Shown one piece after another: positions 1 to 12,271 of a stretch of 64,000 nt of DNA (position 1 is its first letter; each line of letters starts with the position of its first letter). The stretch covers positions 8,370,001 through 8,434,000 of the forward strand of contig NC_042998.1 in NCBI RefSeq assembly GCF_006345805.1, read 5' to 3'. Below the pieces are notes generated by a model. That model searched no databases, was not told where the DNA came from, and saw nothing but the letters and a program-made list of their open reading frames with translations. Position numbers and translations under genes: made by a program. The DNA comes from Octopus sinensis. Taxonomy: Eukaryota.

Positions 1-106
1 ACATCGAGTAGTTTCTTAACTGTAATTGAACCGAAAATAGCTAACCTACAACCTGCTGAAAATTACAGCTATATCAACCTCAAATTATTCTATGGTCTTA
101 AAAATA

Positions 107-561
107 GCAGGAGAGAAGACGGGAGAGGTATGCAGTGATATATGTCTGGAAGATCCTGGAAGGAATTGTGCCAAATTTTGGCATTGTTTGCTACACCAAT
201 GCTAGAACAGGACGACACTGCATAGTGCCAAAGATCCCAGCAATGCCATCACGCTTCAGGACCAGCTTCTGCAACAGCCTGGGTTTCAAGGGCCCACAGC
301 TTTTTAATATTCTCCCAAAGAGTCTGAGGAACTTGCACAAAATGGATGTAGCGGTTTTTAAATCAAAGCTGGACACCTTCCTGTCAAGAGTCCCAGATGA
401 ACCTACCTCACGGCAAGAGGTGCAAATGAGAGTAGCTGTATCAAACTCCATTCTTCACCAAGTGCCACATATTAGACGAGGTTCGTCGTAATAACAGTGT
501 AGCACAAAACGGCGGTGCATCAGCATAGCTGCAGCTCTAAGCTGAAACTAGAGAAAAAAAA
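107..561 (+). mobile_element. 3' fragment of a CR1/L2-group LINE (ORF2 C-terminus, 3' UTR, A-rich tail)
   Basis: Translation (ERRRERYAVIYVWKILEG...SLGFKGPQLFNILP...DEPTSRQE) closely matches the C-terminus of the 12350-14893 ORF; short 3' UTR ends in gctgaaactagagaaaaaaaa. Confidence 0.9.
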
Positions 562-1290
562 TATCGGTTAATATATCACTAGATACACTACGCTTCAATA
601 AGAAACTGACTTTTCACGGCTGCAAAATCTTTGTTCATAGTTTTGGCCGATCGATGTTGGCTTTTGGACCAGCAACAACAATACCAATGTAAAGAGCAGA
701 TGAAAACGCGTCCGACTTTGTTTCGCAGATGTGACAAATTTATTACACACAATAGTAATATATAAATCCTGAATGTTAATTTCAGTTTCTCAGGGATGCC
801 GCACCTAACGTAATATCAAACATTCTCGTAGAGTAATTTATACATGCCACTTTATCATCAGCTGTTATCAGTGACCTTACCAAGAAGTTATAAATATGAG
901 TTGTCGCAATTTATATACATGTATATGCTTGTGGAGTGTTGTGTGTAGGAGGGTATTAGAGAAAAGAAAAGTGAAAGAAAATCAAAATTCAATGTTATGA
1001 GAAATTTTAAACCCTAGATCTGTTTTGAGCTGATCAAATGGGATCGTTGCTTCGTTTTCTTGTATACCTTTGATCACCAATGATTGATCAAACATATTAT
1101 TATCCATCTTTGTTAAGAGGACTATTTTGGATTTCAATATTTCATATCCTCACACTTTAAGATGGTACGGTATCGTCTGAAGGAAATTTGATAAACATCT
1201 ACAAGCTTCAGCCAATCACGAAGACTGAACAATGTTCTACTGTTAACATCCTGTGTCCGGGTAGCAAAACCATTTTCTTTTATTTTGTAA

Positions 1291-1668
1291 CTTTTACTTG
1301 TTTCAGTCATTTGACTGAGACCATGCTGGGGCACCGCCTTGAAAGGTTTTAGTCGAACAAATCGACCCCAGGACTTTTTTATGCCAAGTTCTTATTTTAT
1401 CGGTCTCTTATGCCGAGCCACTAAGTTACTGGTACGTAATACAATACCGATTGTCAAGCAGTGGAGGAAAATAAACACAGACACAAAGACAAGGACACAT
1501 AGACATAGATGCATATATACGAGAAGCTTCTTAAAGTTTCCGTCCACCAAATCCACTCACAAGGCTTTAATCGGCCCAAGACTATTGTAGTAGACACTTG
1601 CTGTGGAACTGAACCCAGAACCATGTGGTTGGGAAGCAGACTTCTTACCACACAGCCACGCCTACGCC
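1291..1668 (-). mobile_element. tRNA-derived SINE, family A
   Basis: Reverse complement of the family A consensus (head ggcgcaggagtggctgtgtggtaag...ggttcagtcc; tail ggcggtgc(c/t)ccagcatggccgcagtcaaatgactgaaacaagtaaaag). Confidence 0.85.
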
Positions 1669-1740
1669 AATGTCTAATTTGTCTAATATTCTATCAGGGG
1701 ACTACGGAACTTGCTAATAATATTAGTTGTTTTATATCTC

Positions 1741-2052
1741 AATATCACGTGATCACGTGACCGACCAGTCCATCAGATGTAGTTACACATCGCTGGTCAC
1801 AATGCGTTCGCATTGTTTTTTAGCCTTCGAATAACGCCACCCCGCTCGCTAAGCGAGCAGGCCAACAGAAGAAAGAGTGGGAGAAAGAGTGGTGAAAGAG
1901 TACAGCAGGGATCACCACCCCCTGCCGGAGCCTCGTGGAGCTTTTAGGTATTTTCGCTCAATAAACACTCACAACGCCCGGTCTGGGAATCGAAACCGCG
2001 ATCCTACGACTGCGAGTCCGCTGCCCTAACCACTAGGCCATTGCGCCTCCAC
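1741..2052 (-). mobile_element. tRNA-derived SINE, family C
   Basis: Head tggaggcgcaatggcctagtggttagggcagcggactcgc...ggtttcgattcc with Pol III A and B boxes; related copies at 31130-31452 and 32397-32775. Confidence 0.85.
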
Positions 2053-2351
2053 ATATCTCAATATAATACGGTTAAATTTTTAAACTGGCAAAAATTACAG
2101 TATGTAGATATGGGTATATCTAATGTTCTACATTGTTTTTCATTCCTAGGGGAGACCAAAGCTACATAACCTTACGACACGTCGATGTAATCTTCATTAA
2201 GATGATTGTATGTATTATCGAGTGTGAAGGGTTGGAAAGCAAAACTGTCCTTGGTGGGATTTGAACTCAGAAATCATAGACCCATCAAAGATACCACAAG
2301 ACATTATATTCTTACTCTAACAATTGTACAAGTCCACCGATATAATATCAA

Positions 2352-3265
2352 TAATGATTTTAAATTTTGGCACAAATTCAGCAATTTCGGGTAAGGGGAT
2401 AAGTCGATTACAACACTCCCCAGTGTGTTCACAGGTACTTACTTTATCGATCCCGAACAGATGAAAGATAAGATCGACTTCAGCGTCATTTGAATTCAGA
2501 ACTTAAAGACAGGCGAAATGCAGCTAAGCACATTGCCCGGCGTGCTGATGAATCTTCCAATTCACTGCCTTAATATCATACTAATAATGGTTTCAGGCTT
2601 TGGCACATGACCAACAATTCGGTGGGGTAGGTTAATCAATTACATCGACCCCAGTACTCAACTGGTATTTATGTTATCGACCCCGAAAGAATGAAAGTTA
2701 AAGTCGAACACGGGGAGAAGTTGTACAAAGAACGTAAAGAACCGGAAGAAACGCAGCTTTGCATTTTTTTCAAAGTGCTAACGATTCTTACGGCTTGACG
2801 CCTTCTGATACCCTATTGATCATTCTTTCTACTATAACAATAAGACTTGAAATTTGGGTGTAGGGTGGGGATTTTCCGATTACATCGACTCCATTGCTTG
2901 ACGGGAACTTATTTTTACCGACCCCGAAAGGATGAAAGGCAAAGTCGTCCTCGGCGAAATTTGAACTCAGAACGTAGACACAGGCGCGGTACCGCTAAAC
3001 ATTTTACCCAGATCATCGCCTTACCTACCCTATTAATAATCTTTTCTACTATGGGCACAAGGCCTGGAAATTTGGGGAAGGGAGAGTCGATTACATCGAC
3101 CCCAGCACACAACTGGTACTTAGTTTATCGACCCCGAAAGAACGAAAGGCAAAGTCGACCTCGGCAGAATTCGAACTCAGAACGTAGCGGCAGACGAAAT
3201 ACCACTAAGCATTTCGCCCAGCGTGCAAACGATTCTGCCAGATCACCGCCTTACCTACCCTTTTA
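2352..3265 (-). mobile_element. Four adjacent degenerate copies of SINE family B
   Basis: Recurrent tcgattacatcgacccc...tttatcgaccccgaaaggatgaaaggcaaagtcgacctcggc...gaactcagaacg motif, four times. Confidence 0.8.
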
Positions 3266-4264
3266 ATGATAGTAAATCTTGTCTGTTGGTCAACCTCCAT
3301 TCACTATCAGAACATATATGTTTCAGTAAATCAATCGTTGTTTATTTGCTATTTAGCGATATTTAACGCGGGGGTTCCTCGTTCTTGAATTTTATTTCTC
3401 AATCTATTCTCACTACCTGCTTCAAGCTTCAATCAGTGATAATCACAGAAAAGGTGTATGTATATCAACTATAATCTGAAAATACGAAAGCAAAGCGGCT
3501 AGATAAAAGGAAACCTGCCACTATCTTTGATTTTGAAAAGAAGCTAAGAACGTTTCTTTCTGTTAGCTTTGAATAATATTTTCTAAATTTTTATATGCTT
3601 TGAACATCCTCATCAAATATATACAATAATCTGAAAACATATGCCACAAGTATTCCATGTGACTTTTACTCGTTATCTTAGTAACCTACCTTGTTATTCT
3701 GAATAAATTTTGTTAAAGAAAATACGGTGATCCTATCAGGAAGGTCTCCCACCTTCTTTCATCATTTGTAATGATACCTTCTATTTATTTGCCCATACGA
3801 TCTAAAAAGAAAAAGCACTAAGCAATATGATAGGTTTATATAAACAGTTGTAGATATTTGGATAATAAAATATACAGATACCAATACAACTATATAAATA
3901 TTTGCAAATCCTGTTACTCTCTATCAGATTAGGAAACTTGATTTCAAGAATAATCATCCATGCACATCCTGGGCAAGTGCGGGCGAATGGCGGGGTTCTA
4001 CTTGACTACAAGCAATCGTTAGTTTTTGTTGAGAAAAATTTGTCAACATTAAATTCATAGATTATAATTTATTTTGAAAAATGTTTATTGATGTAAAAAT
4101 AATGATGATGTGAAAACTAGAAAATATATCCACTAGGTTTTTTGGGTATTTTTTAAACAATTCTATTGATTTTTTGTAAAATCTTTAGTTTTGGATGTTA
4201 TATCATGTGTGAGAAATCATCTATTAATTCCTCATACGTAGCTATGCACACATTCTCAACATTA

Positions 4265-4324
4265 CTCACACACACACACATACATACATACATACATAAA
4301 TACATACATACATACATACATACA

Positions 4325-4358
<34 letters not shown>

Positions 4359-4445
4359 CACATGCATACACATGCATATATAAATATATACATACATACG
4401 TATAATTGCATATATATATATATATACATCTGTATATATAAACAC
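4265..4445. repeat. (CA)n/(CATA)n/(TA)n compound microsatellite
   Basis: Direct inspection. Confidence 0.95.
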
Positions 4446-4483
4446 ACATGATTAGCTGATATTAGCTGATCCTTCAGTATTAT

Positions 4484-4524
4484 ATTTTACCCAAAGCCAG
4501 GAACTTTTCAGCGCCCCCTCGTAG
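4484..4524 (-). mobile_element. Solitary mariner-type terminal inverted repeat
   Basis: ttttacccaaagccaggaacttttcagcgccccctcg followed by TA; same TIR as the element at 10326-10540. Confidence 0.55.
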
Positions 4525-4602
4525 ATATACATATTTCCTTGGGCGCCCTTATAATTCTAATGGAATTGTAGGGACGCCGTCTTGAGATGTGTTTGAGGAT
4601 TT

Positions 4603-5212
4603 ATAAGGCGGTGAGCTGGCAGAAACGTTAGCACGCCGGGCGAAATGCTTAGCGGTATTTCGTCTGTCGTTACGTTCTGAGTTCAAATTCCGCCGAGGTC
4701 GACTTTGCCTTTCATCCTTTCAGGGGTCGATAAATAAAGTACCAGTTTCGCACTGGGGTCGATGTAATCGACTTAATACCTATGTCTGTCTTTGTTTGTC
4801 CTCTCTGTGTTTAACCCCTTGTGGGTAGTAAAGAAATGGGTATTTCGTCTGTCGTTACATTCTGAGTTCAAATTACGCCGAGGTCGACTTTACCTTTCAT
4901 CCTTTCGGGGTCGATAAATTAAGTACCAGTTGCGTACTGGGGTCGATGTAATCGACTTAATACCTATGTCTTCTGTCCTTGTTTGTCCCCTCTATGTTTA
5001 GGCCCTTGTGGGTAATAAAGAAATAGGTATTTCGTCTGTCGTTACGTTCTGAGTTCAAATTCCGCCGATGTCTACTTTGCCTTTCATCCTTTCGGTGTCG
5101 ATAAATAAAGTACCAGTTTCGCACTGGGGTCGATGTAATCGACTTAATACCTATGTCTGTCCTTGTTTGTTCCCTCTATGTTTAGCCCCTTGTGGCTAAT
5201 AAAGAAATAGGA
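4603..5212 (+). mobile_element. SINE family B: one full copy plus two head-less tandem copies
   Basis: taaggcggtgagctggcagaaacgttagcacgccggg head, then three consecutive units of about 186 bp, ggtatttcgtctgtcgttacg...gtaataaagaaat. Confidence 0.9.
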
Positions 5213-5833
5213 TTTAAAACCTAGTGGGTCCATCCGTCTCCGGGTATGTATGTGTGTATGTGTGTATGTGTGTGAGAGAGAGAGGGGGTTGTAGAGAGAA
5301 GCAACTGGACGCGCCTGTATGATGCGAGGGTGACTGTACTCAAAAGCATCCTGGTTGCAACCGCTTGGTCTTATAAGCATCGTCCAAATGGGCGTACTGC
5401 AATGCACCCAGTCTCTTCTTACAGCAGGAAATATTTTAGCGTTTGATATCAAATTTCCTTAAGGCGCTCGTCATGAGAAAGGGGAAAAATTAAACTCACA
5501 CCATTAAACTAACTGAATTTTGATATTTACAAAGAAAGTCGAAGGAAATGAGGGGAGAGTTAAATGAAGGTATCGTTTTTCGAATATGTTCCCCCACGAA
5601 ATTAAAATTAGAAAACTTTGTTTAGGTTGCAAGGATCCTCGGAGTGAAAGGTTAGTACGATACGTGCAATTAATAGAAAGCTTAAAAAGTTAATGCTATT
5701 CTTAACATAGAATAACTTACTGAATTTAGGATAATTCGTAGTTAATTCAAGTAGGGTTTATGTAAAATATCGGCAGCTAGAATTTGGAAGAACAGGTTCA
5801 GCGAAGTCTCCTTTACATGACTAACACAGGATG

Positions 5834-6080
5834 TGGAGGCGCGTGGCTTAGTGGTTAGGGTGTTGAACTCATGATCGTAAGGTTGTGGTTTCGATTCCTG
5901 GACCGGGCGATGCGTTGAGTTCTTGAGTAAAACACTTAACTTCACGTAGCTCCAGTTCACTCAGCTGGCAAATATGAGTAATCCTGCGACGGACTCGTCC
6001 AGGTGGGGAATTTCTACGCCACTAAAACCGGGAATCCGGCTCTTATGAGTCTGGCATGGCTCGAGAAGGAACATTGTTTG
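5834..6080 (+). mobile_element. tRNA-derived SINE (family C-related variant) with 13-bp TSD
   Basis: A/B-box head tggaggcgcgtggcttagtggttaggg...ggtttcgattcc; flanked by ctaacacaggatg at 5821-5833 and 6081-6093. Confidence 0.85.
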
Positions 6081-6559
6081 CTAACACAGGATGACTTAAG
6101 CTAGTGTCTAAGAAAATGGGTAAGGGCGTTTTTTTCTTCGCGATTATGTAAGTCCTTCTTCGGTCATGGGTCACTATGTGTCTACATCTACACATGTAGG
6201 CTTGGGCAAGGAAGACTAGCAATTGCCCATGAATGCAGGAGTTCCCTTTCCACGCTACTGGAAACCGTCCAATGGAAACTTTGCCGCCTTAAGACCCATA
6301 CAACATGAAGGCAGTTTCGTCGCAAGCATTGTTATCGGAACACAAAGGGTTTGAACAGACTCTACGCGGTAACCCGCCCGACACCCTAACAGTTCTGCCA
6401 ATCCATAACCTTGGGTTCGTATGTAACTCAGGAGCACCACCCTTTAGTCGAAGAAATAGACCCCTACACTTATTTCCTGTAAGCCTGGTACTTATTCTAT
6501 CAGGGATGCAAACACACCACCATCGGTTGTCAAGCAATGCTGGTGGTGGGACAAACGCA

Positions 6560-6810
6560 CATACACATACATACATACATACATACATACATGCATACAT
6601 ACATGCATGCATACATACATACATACATACATACATACATACATACATACATACATACATACATACATACATACATACATACATACATACATACATACAT
6701 ACATGCATGCATACCTACATACATACATACATACATGCATACATACATACATGCATGCATACATACATACATATATGCATACATACATACATACACACAT
6801 ACATATATAT
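6560..6810. repeat. (CATA)n microsatellite following a partial SINE A body
   Basis: Direct inspection. Confidence 0.95.
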
Positions 6811-7009
6811 GACAGGCTTGTAAGTAGTGGTGATGCTGGCTGGTGTGATTTTGTGGTTTGCTGGTATGCCGAGAGAGATCCAGTGGGCCCCCTAACTGGT
6901 TCCCCAATCTTAAAGGTGTAATGTGGATGTGTAATGATGGAGCGGCTGGTGTGGTGGTGATGCTAGCTGGTGCGGTGGTCTTCCTCATAGTACTTCATGG
7001 TAGACAATA

Positions 7010-7385
7010 TTTTGAATGTATAACTCTTACTTCGATATTGTTCATAGCTTGTGCTCTTGAAAATGCGACAAATAATTGACCATGAGAAAATACCGGTTGA
7101 GGCAAATGTATTCCAACTTTTTCAAATGTTTGCCCTTGAGCCTAATTAATTGTCATTGAATATGCAAGTCGAAGTGGAAACTGAAATCCGTTTAGTGTGA
7201 ATGGAATATTTGCATCACTTTCAATTCTGGGATTTTTTTTTCCATTTCTTCTGGCATGCAGTTGTTGAAAATTTCTGGCTACAAATGCACAAATTGCAAT
7301 GCAAAAGAAAGAAATAATAAATGGATTTATGAATGAAAGTTTGGTAATTGCGTTTATTTCTACCACGAGACGCATATTATTGCAA
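7010..7385 (-). pseudogene. Helitron Rep/Hel PIF1-type helicase C-terminal remnant
   Basis: Minus-strand translation through one stop: [60 protein letters not shown], matching PIF1/Helitron motifs FPxRLAFAMTINKAQGQT and VFSHGQLYVALSR. Confidence 0.85.
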
Positions 7386-7564
7386 ACATGTTTTAACTAA
7401 ATATACGATGTACACATGCGAATACATTCATGTATATATATATATATGTTTCGAGTTGTAGCTGTGGAGTATTCAGCCATTTATGAGTTAATTTTATTCT
7501 CGTGTGATAATGAAAGTGAAACTAACAGCCAATATTTACTGTGTCCATGTATCTATGCATGGAT

Positions 7565-7740
7565 TGTCTCTCTCTCTCTCTCTTTCTCTCTTTCTCTTTG
7601 ACTTCCTTTGTGTCTTCTTCTCTCCCACTTTTGATTAAACAATGAGTACATGTATATCTATGGATCTACTTTATCTTGCGATGTGATAAACATGTAAAAA
7701 CACAAAACGAACGCCATCACCACTTACTGTCCCTTTCACT

Positions 7741-7783
<43 letters not shown>

Positions 7784-8025
7784 TTTCACTTTTTCTCACT
7801 TTCTTTCCGTCTTTTTTACTTCCTCTCTGAAACATTAAAAACACAAAACGAACGCCGTCACTACTGATGTTTCCTTCACACTCTCTCACTATTTCTCTCA
7901 CTCTCTCTTTCTCTTTCACACTCTCTCACTCCCTCTCTCCTTCTCTCTCACTTCCTCTCTCTCACACTCTCTCACTCCCTCACTCCTTCCCTCTTACTTC
8001 CTCTCTCTCTCCTCCTGTCTCTTGC
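7565..8025. repeat. CT-rich low-complexity tract with short duplicated unique segment
   Basis: (CT)n runs; aaaaacacaaaacgaacgcc(a/g)tcac occurs at about 7696 and about 7836. Confidence 0.8.
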
Positions 8026-8747
8026 TTTGCCCCTTCAAAGAAGTAAGTGTGACACACAACAGGTACGTGCAAAAACAAAAAGTCGGCGTAGTAATATTAT
8101 TGATGAAGACGATACATTTGCAATTTATGTCCTAGCAATTGCACAGATAAGTTTCTACTTCACACTGCGTTCTGTCTACTAAACTAAGTAAAAGTTATTT
8201 AGCGACGCATGATTTACTATGTCATACAGAAAGATGTGATTGCATGGATAAGAATTCACTTTGAAACTCTGTTGCTTAGGTTTCGATCCTACTTCACGAC
8301 TACTTGGGCAAGGGTCTGCTGTCATATTCTTAGGTTAACCAATAAACTGTAAGTGGAATTTGCTTAAAAGAATATGTTCGAAAACCAGTCGTATATGTGG
8401 GTAGGGTTGCATTTATATATCTTTTGTCGCTGTTGATCGGCGTCAGATGAAACAAGGTGAGAAAACTAATTATAAATAGCCGTGAAAAAATCGTGATTTT
8501 CAAGCCAGTTCTTATATATTTGTTCTGCACGGAGGTAGAGACATCAACACGTCACTCTTTCATTAATACATATCGTTACTATGATGCAAAAGTGTCGCAA
8601 GTCCAAAATGTTGCTTTTTCAGAAAATGAAACAGTAGTTTCAACATTCCCTAGCAAAACTGTTGTACTATACTTGGACAGTTTTTGATATCTTGGCATCT
8701 TTGACCAAAAGAACTGACCCATAGGCGTGCGCACACGCAGGCACAGG

Positions 8748-8820
<73 letters not shown>

Positions 8821-8825
<5 letters not shown>

Positions 8826-9212
8826 CGCAGGAGTGGCTGTGTGGTAAGTAGCTTGCTAACCAACCACATGGTTCTGGGTTCAGTCCCACTGCGTGGCATC
8901 TTGGGCAAGTGTCTTCTGCTATAGTCCCAGGCCGACCAATGCCTTGTGAGTGGATTTGGTAGACGGAAACTGAAAGAAGCCTGTCGTATATATGTATATA
9001 TATGTATGTGTGTGTGTGTCTGTGTTTGTCCCCCTAGCATTGCTTGACAACCGATGCTGGTGTGTTTACGTCCCCGTCACTTAGCGGTTCGGCAAAAGAG
9101 ACCGATAGAATAAGTACTGGGCTTACAAAGAATAAGTCCCGGGGTCGAGTTGCTCGACTAAAGGCGGTGCCCCAGCATGGCCGCAGTCAAATGACTGAAA
9201 TAAGTAAAAGAG
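8821..9212 (+). mobile_element. SINE family A, full length
   Basis: tRNA-like head, internal (TA)(TG) microsatellite, GTCGAG-ttg-CTCGAC hairpin, tail ggcggtgccccagcatggccgcagtcaaatgactgaaa. Confidence 0.9.
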
Positions 9213-9910
9213 TAAATGAGTATATATATATATATATATATATATATACTAACATACGTATAGATTCACATACATGTGTATGTACGTGCGCGCGTATGTA
9301 TGTGTATGTGTGTGTGGGTGGGGTGAGTGTGTGTGATGCGTGTATGAGTGTGATGTGTGCAAAAAAGAACCAGTAATTGGCCCTTTAGATACCTGCACCC
9401 ATCGATCTTATCGTTCTACAATTGCGATATAAAATTAAAGTATAAACAAGCAGACACAACGGAAATTCTCTTCACTAATTAGCTGATAAAAGTCTTGATC
9501 ATAAAGAAAACCGAATCATGCATTGCAGAACTTTTTACAGATATCTTCCTTAGAATTAGAAAACTGTGGCTTAATAAATAATGAAATAACCCGGTAAAAA
9601 TATAGTTCCATTTGCTATGGTAAAGATCGATTTCGTCTAAAATGCAGCAACTTAAACTTTGAAAGCTATGAAGATTTTCTATAATTATAAAGAGCTTCTC
9701 TGAAAACTAAATTGTATAAGAATTTTTGCAAGTCCTGCTGAATTCACATTCAGTTTCACTCATGCTTTATTCCACCAACCATCTCGAGCTGGGAGAAAGT
9801 AGTTAAGTGAAGTGGTTCAACCTGGATCAGGAAACCTAAAATACGGTTTTCTCTATATTATTAATATGCTACGGTACAAGTATGATGGACAAGAATAAAT
9901 AAGAAATCTT

Positions 9911-10207
9911 GTAATTGAATGTGAGGTATACTTGCCATCTCAATATGGCTAACCACTAAGGGTGAGTGTTACTGTAGCTTGTAGCCCCAGGAGAACATCG
10001 TCTCCAGTTGGCTTTAGGCACACTTTCTGTGTCCAGGTTGACGAGGGAAGGGTGACCTCCCTTTGCAAATACCATAAGGGCACAGAAAATTTGCCTAAAG
10101 TCAGCTGGAGACGATGTTCTCCTGGGGCTACAAGCTACAGTAACACCCACCCTTAATGGTTAGACATATTGAGATGGCAAGTATACCTCACATTGTCGTG
10201 CAATTAC
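9911..10207. mobile_element. Fold-back (MITE-like) element with inverted arms of about 120 bp
   Basis: aatgtgaggtatacttgccatctcaatatg... at 9918 is the reverse complement of ...catattgagatggcaagtatacctcacatt ending at 10194; the arms continue inward to about 10035/10078. Confidence 0.75.
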
Positions 10208-10325
10208 TGTTTATACCTCGTTCAGAGATTTATTATTGCTTGTAGTTGAAGCTGTTAAGAAAACACTACAGCAACGTTCACATGTATACGTAAGTTAAGT
10301 TTGAATGTACGTAAGCAACTACAAA

Positions 10326-10540
10326 CGATGGGGGTGCTGAAAGGTTCCTTGTTTTAAGGATGTAGTGAAAGGCGTGATTAGAGGTCCAACATTCCGAGTT
10401 CTTGTATAAGACTTAAAAAAGGAAGAACTGCCGCAACAAGTGTGTGAATCTGAGAGGGTAACATGTTGAATAAAACCACAATTAATTGATCCTCCAGTAT
10501 TTTCTTTTACCCAAAGCCAGGAACTTTTTAGCACCCCGCG
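10326..10540. mobile_element. Mariner-derived MITE (degenerate)
   Basis: Imperfect TIRs cgatgggggtgctgaaaggttcctt and ccaaagccaggaactttttagcaccccgcg. Confidence 0.6.
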
Positions 10541-11052
10541 TTTTTTATCAGGAATAAATATAAAGGATGCAGCGAAGTACAAATTCCTGAAATACCATTT
10601 CTATTGTACGGTATTGTTTCTCAAAATTATCGTCAATGTCTATCAAAAACTGCCAGACCTACATCTATTTAATACGCACATGTTTACAGGAAGATGCTCT
10701 TAATTCTAAATTAAAACGGTAAAATGGCTAACATCACAATATCAGAACAAAAATTTGAACTAATACTATTAGAAAGATGTTTTTAGGAATTAGGGACAAA
10801 TAGAGAAACAACATAAATGTAGATTAAATATGATATTAAGGTTTGATTTTAGTGCTTTGATGCAGTGCTGGGCTACAACTATATACGCAGAAGGTATTCG
10901 ATTGATAGGATTCAGAATGTTTAATTACTATTTTACGAGTCGCTTACTAAATAATATGGTTACAAAGAGGTGAAAAGAATAAAGGAATGGATACGAATAA
11001 TAGTTATCGAAAGAAAAAAAAGGATAGATAAAATAAAAATAGATTAACGCAG

Positions 11053-11226
11053 ATAGGCGCAGGAGTGGCTGTATGGTAAGTAGCTTGCTAACCAACCACA
11101 TGGTTCCGGGTTCAGTCCCACTGCGTGGCATCTTGGGCAAGTGTCTTCTGCTATAGCCCCGGGCCGACCAATGCCTTGTGAGTGGATCTGGTAGACGGAA
11201 ACTGAAAGAAGCCTGTCGTATATATG

Positions 11227-11267
<41 letters not shown>

Positions 11268-11465
11268 CTGTGTGTGTGTGTGTGTGTGTGTTTCTATGTC
11301 TGTATTTGTCCCCCTAGCATTGCTTGACACCCGATGCTGGTGTGTTTACGTCCCCGTCACATAGCGGTTCGCCAAAAGAGACCGATAGAATAAGTACTGG
11401 GCTTACAAAGAATAAGTCCTGGGGTCGATTTGCAGTCGAATGACTGAAACAAGTAAAAGAATAAA
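11053..11465 (+). mobile_element. SINE family A
   Basis: Near-identical to 8821-9212, with a small deletion before the tail. Confidence 0.9.
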
Positions 11466-12271
11466 AGAAAAACGGAATAGGCATGAGAAATGAGTTTAAA
11501 GATGAGAATGGATCAAACAATAGTTGAATAAAAGAATGGATTGGTGAAATGGTAACGGTATCTGGATTTGATTTTTCTTCCGACATTTTAACCTTTATAT
11601 TTCATAAGTATTTTCAAACTTCCATTGTCCTCTTTCCAATGTATATATGAAGTTTGTGGATTATGTTGGTTTCTCCAACGACCTACTTAAGTTATGTTTT
11701 ATTTTAAAGTGTATTTTGCATAGCTTCAGACTCCAGTATCATATCTTCGTGGTACTAAAACGAAGTTACAGACAATGATATGCTGAACATAGACAGACAA
11801 AAGCTAACATGAAGAGATAAAAAATCCAAACTTTCTATTAAATTGTGTACTTTTGTAAGGAACTATACTTACGCTGTGTCTTAGGTGTGGGCGACTTAGC
11901 ATTTCAACGATGGTTTCTGGTTTTCTTTCGTTGAATATGAAATAAGTCTCCACATATTTCGTGTCAAAGATTGCTACTTTGAATTAGCCAATAATATTCA
12001 AGTCATTGAATTTCTATTTGCCTTTTTTCTTTGGAGCACATCCGCTTCAAGTAGGATATTATATTCGTATCATAAGAAGGATATCTATAGGTTTTAACCT
12101 AGCTGAATTTAATCTGTTCTGTTGCTTATCAGAATAATAGTAAATTGTATTTATTCCAAATCAAGTAAACATCATAAGTGTTATGGTACTTAATATGATA
12201 CTTGTGATTTTTTGGTGGGTGGGGCTGGATAATGATTAATATTTTAAAACTGTTAAATGTTTTGTTTTGTT

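Noticed and set aside
1990-2052. tRNA genes (also at SINE heads near 5834, 8821, 31452, 44170, 52797, 54940)
   Set aside because: A and B boxes are present, but each continues into a SINE body and lacks a complete acceptor stem.
6530-6988. ORF containing a PLDLS (CtBP-binding-like) motif
   Set aside because: Runs into a (CATA)n microsatellite, has no convincing splice sites, and a 5-aa match is expected by chance.
8457-8687. 76-aa ORF of ordinary composition as a possible host exon
   Set aside because: No recognisable domain and no clear splice donor/acceptor pair.
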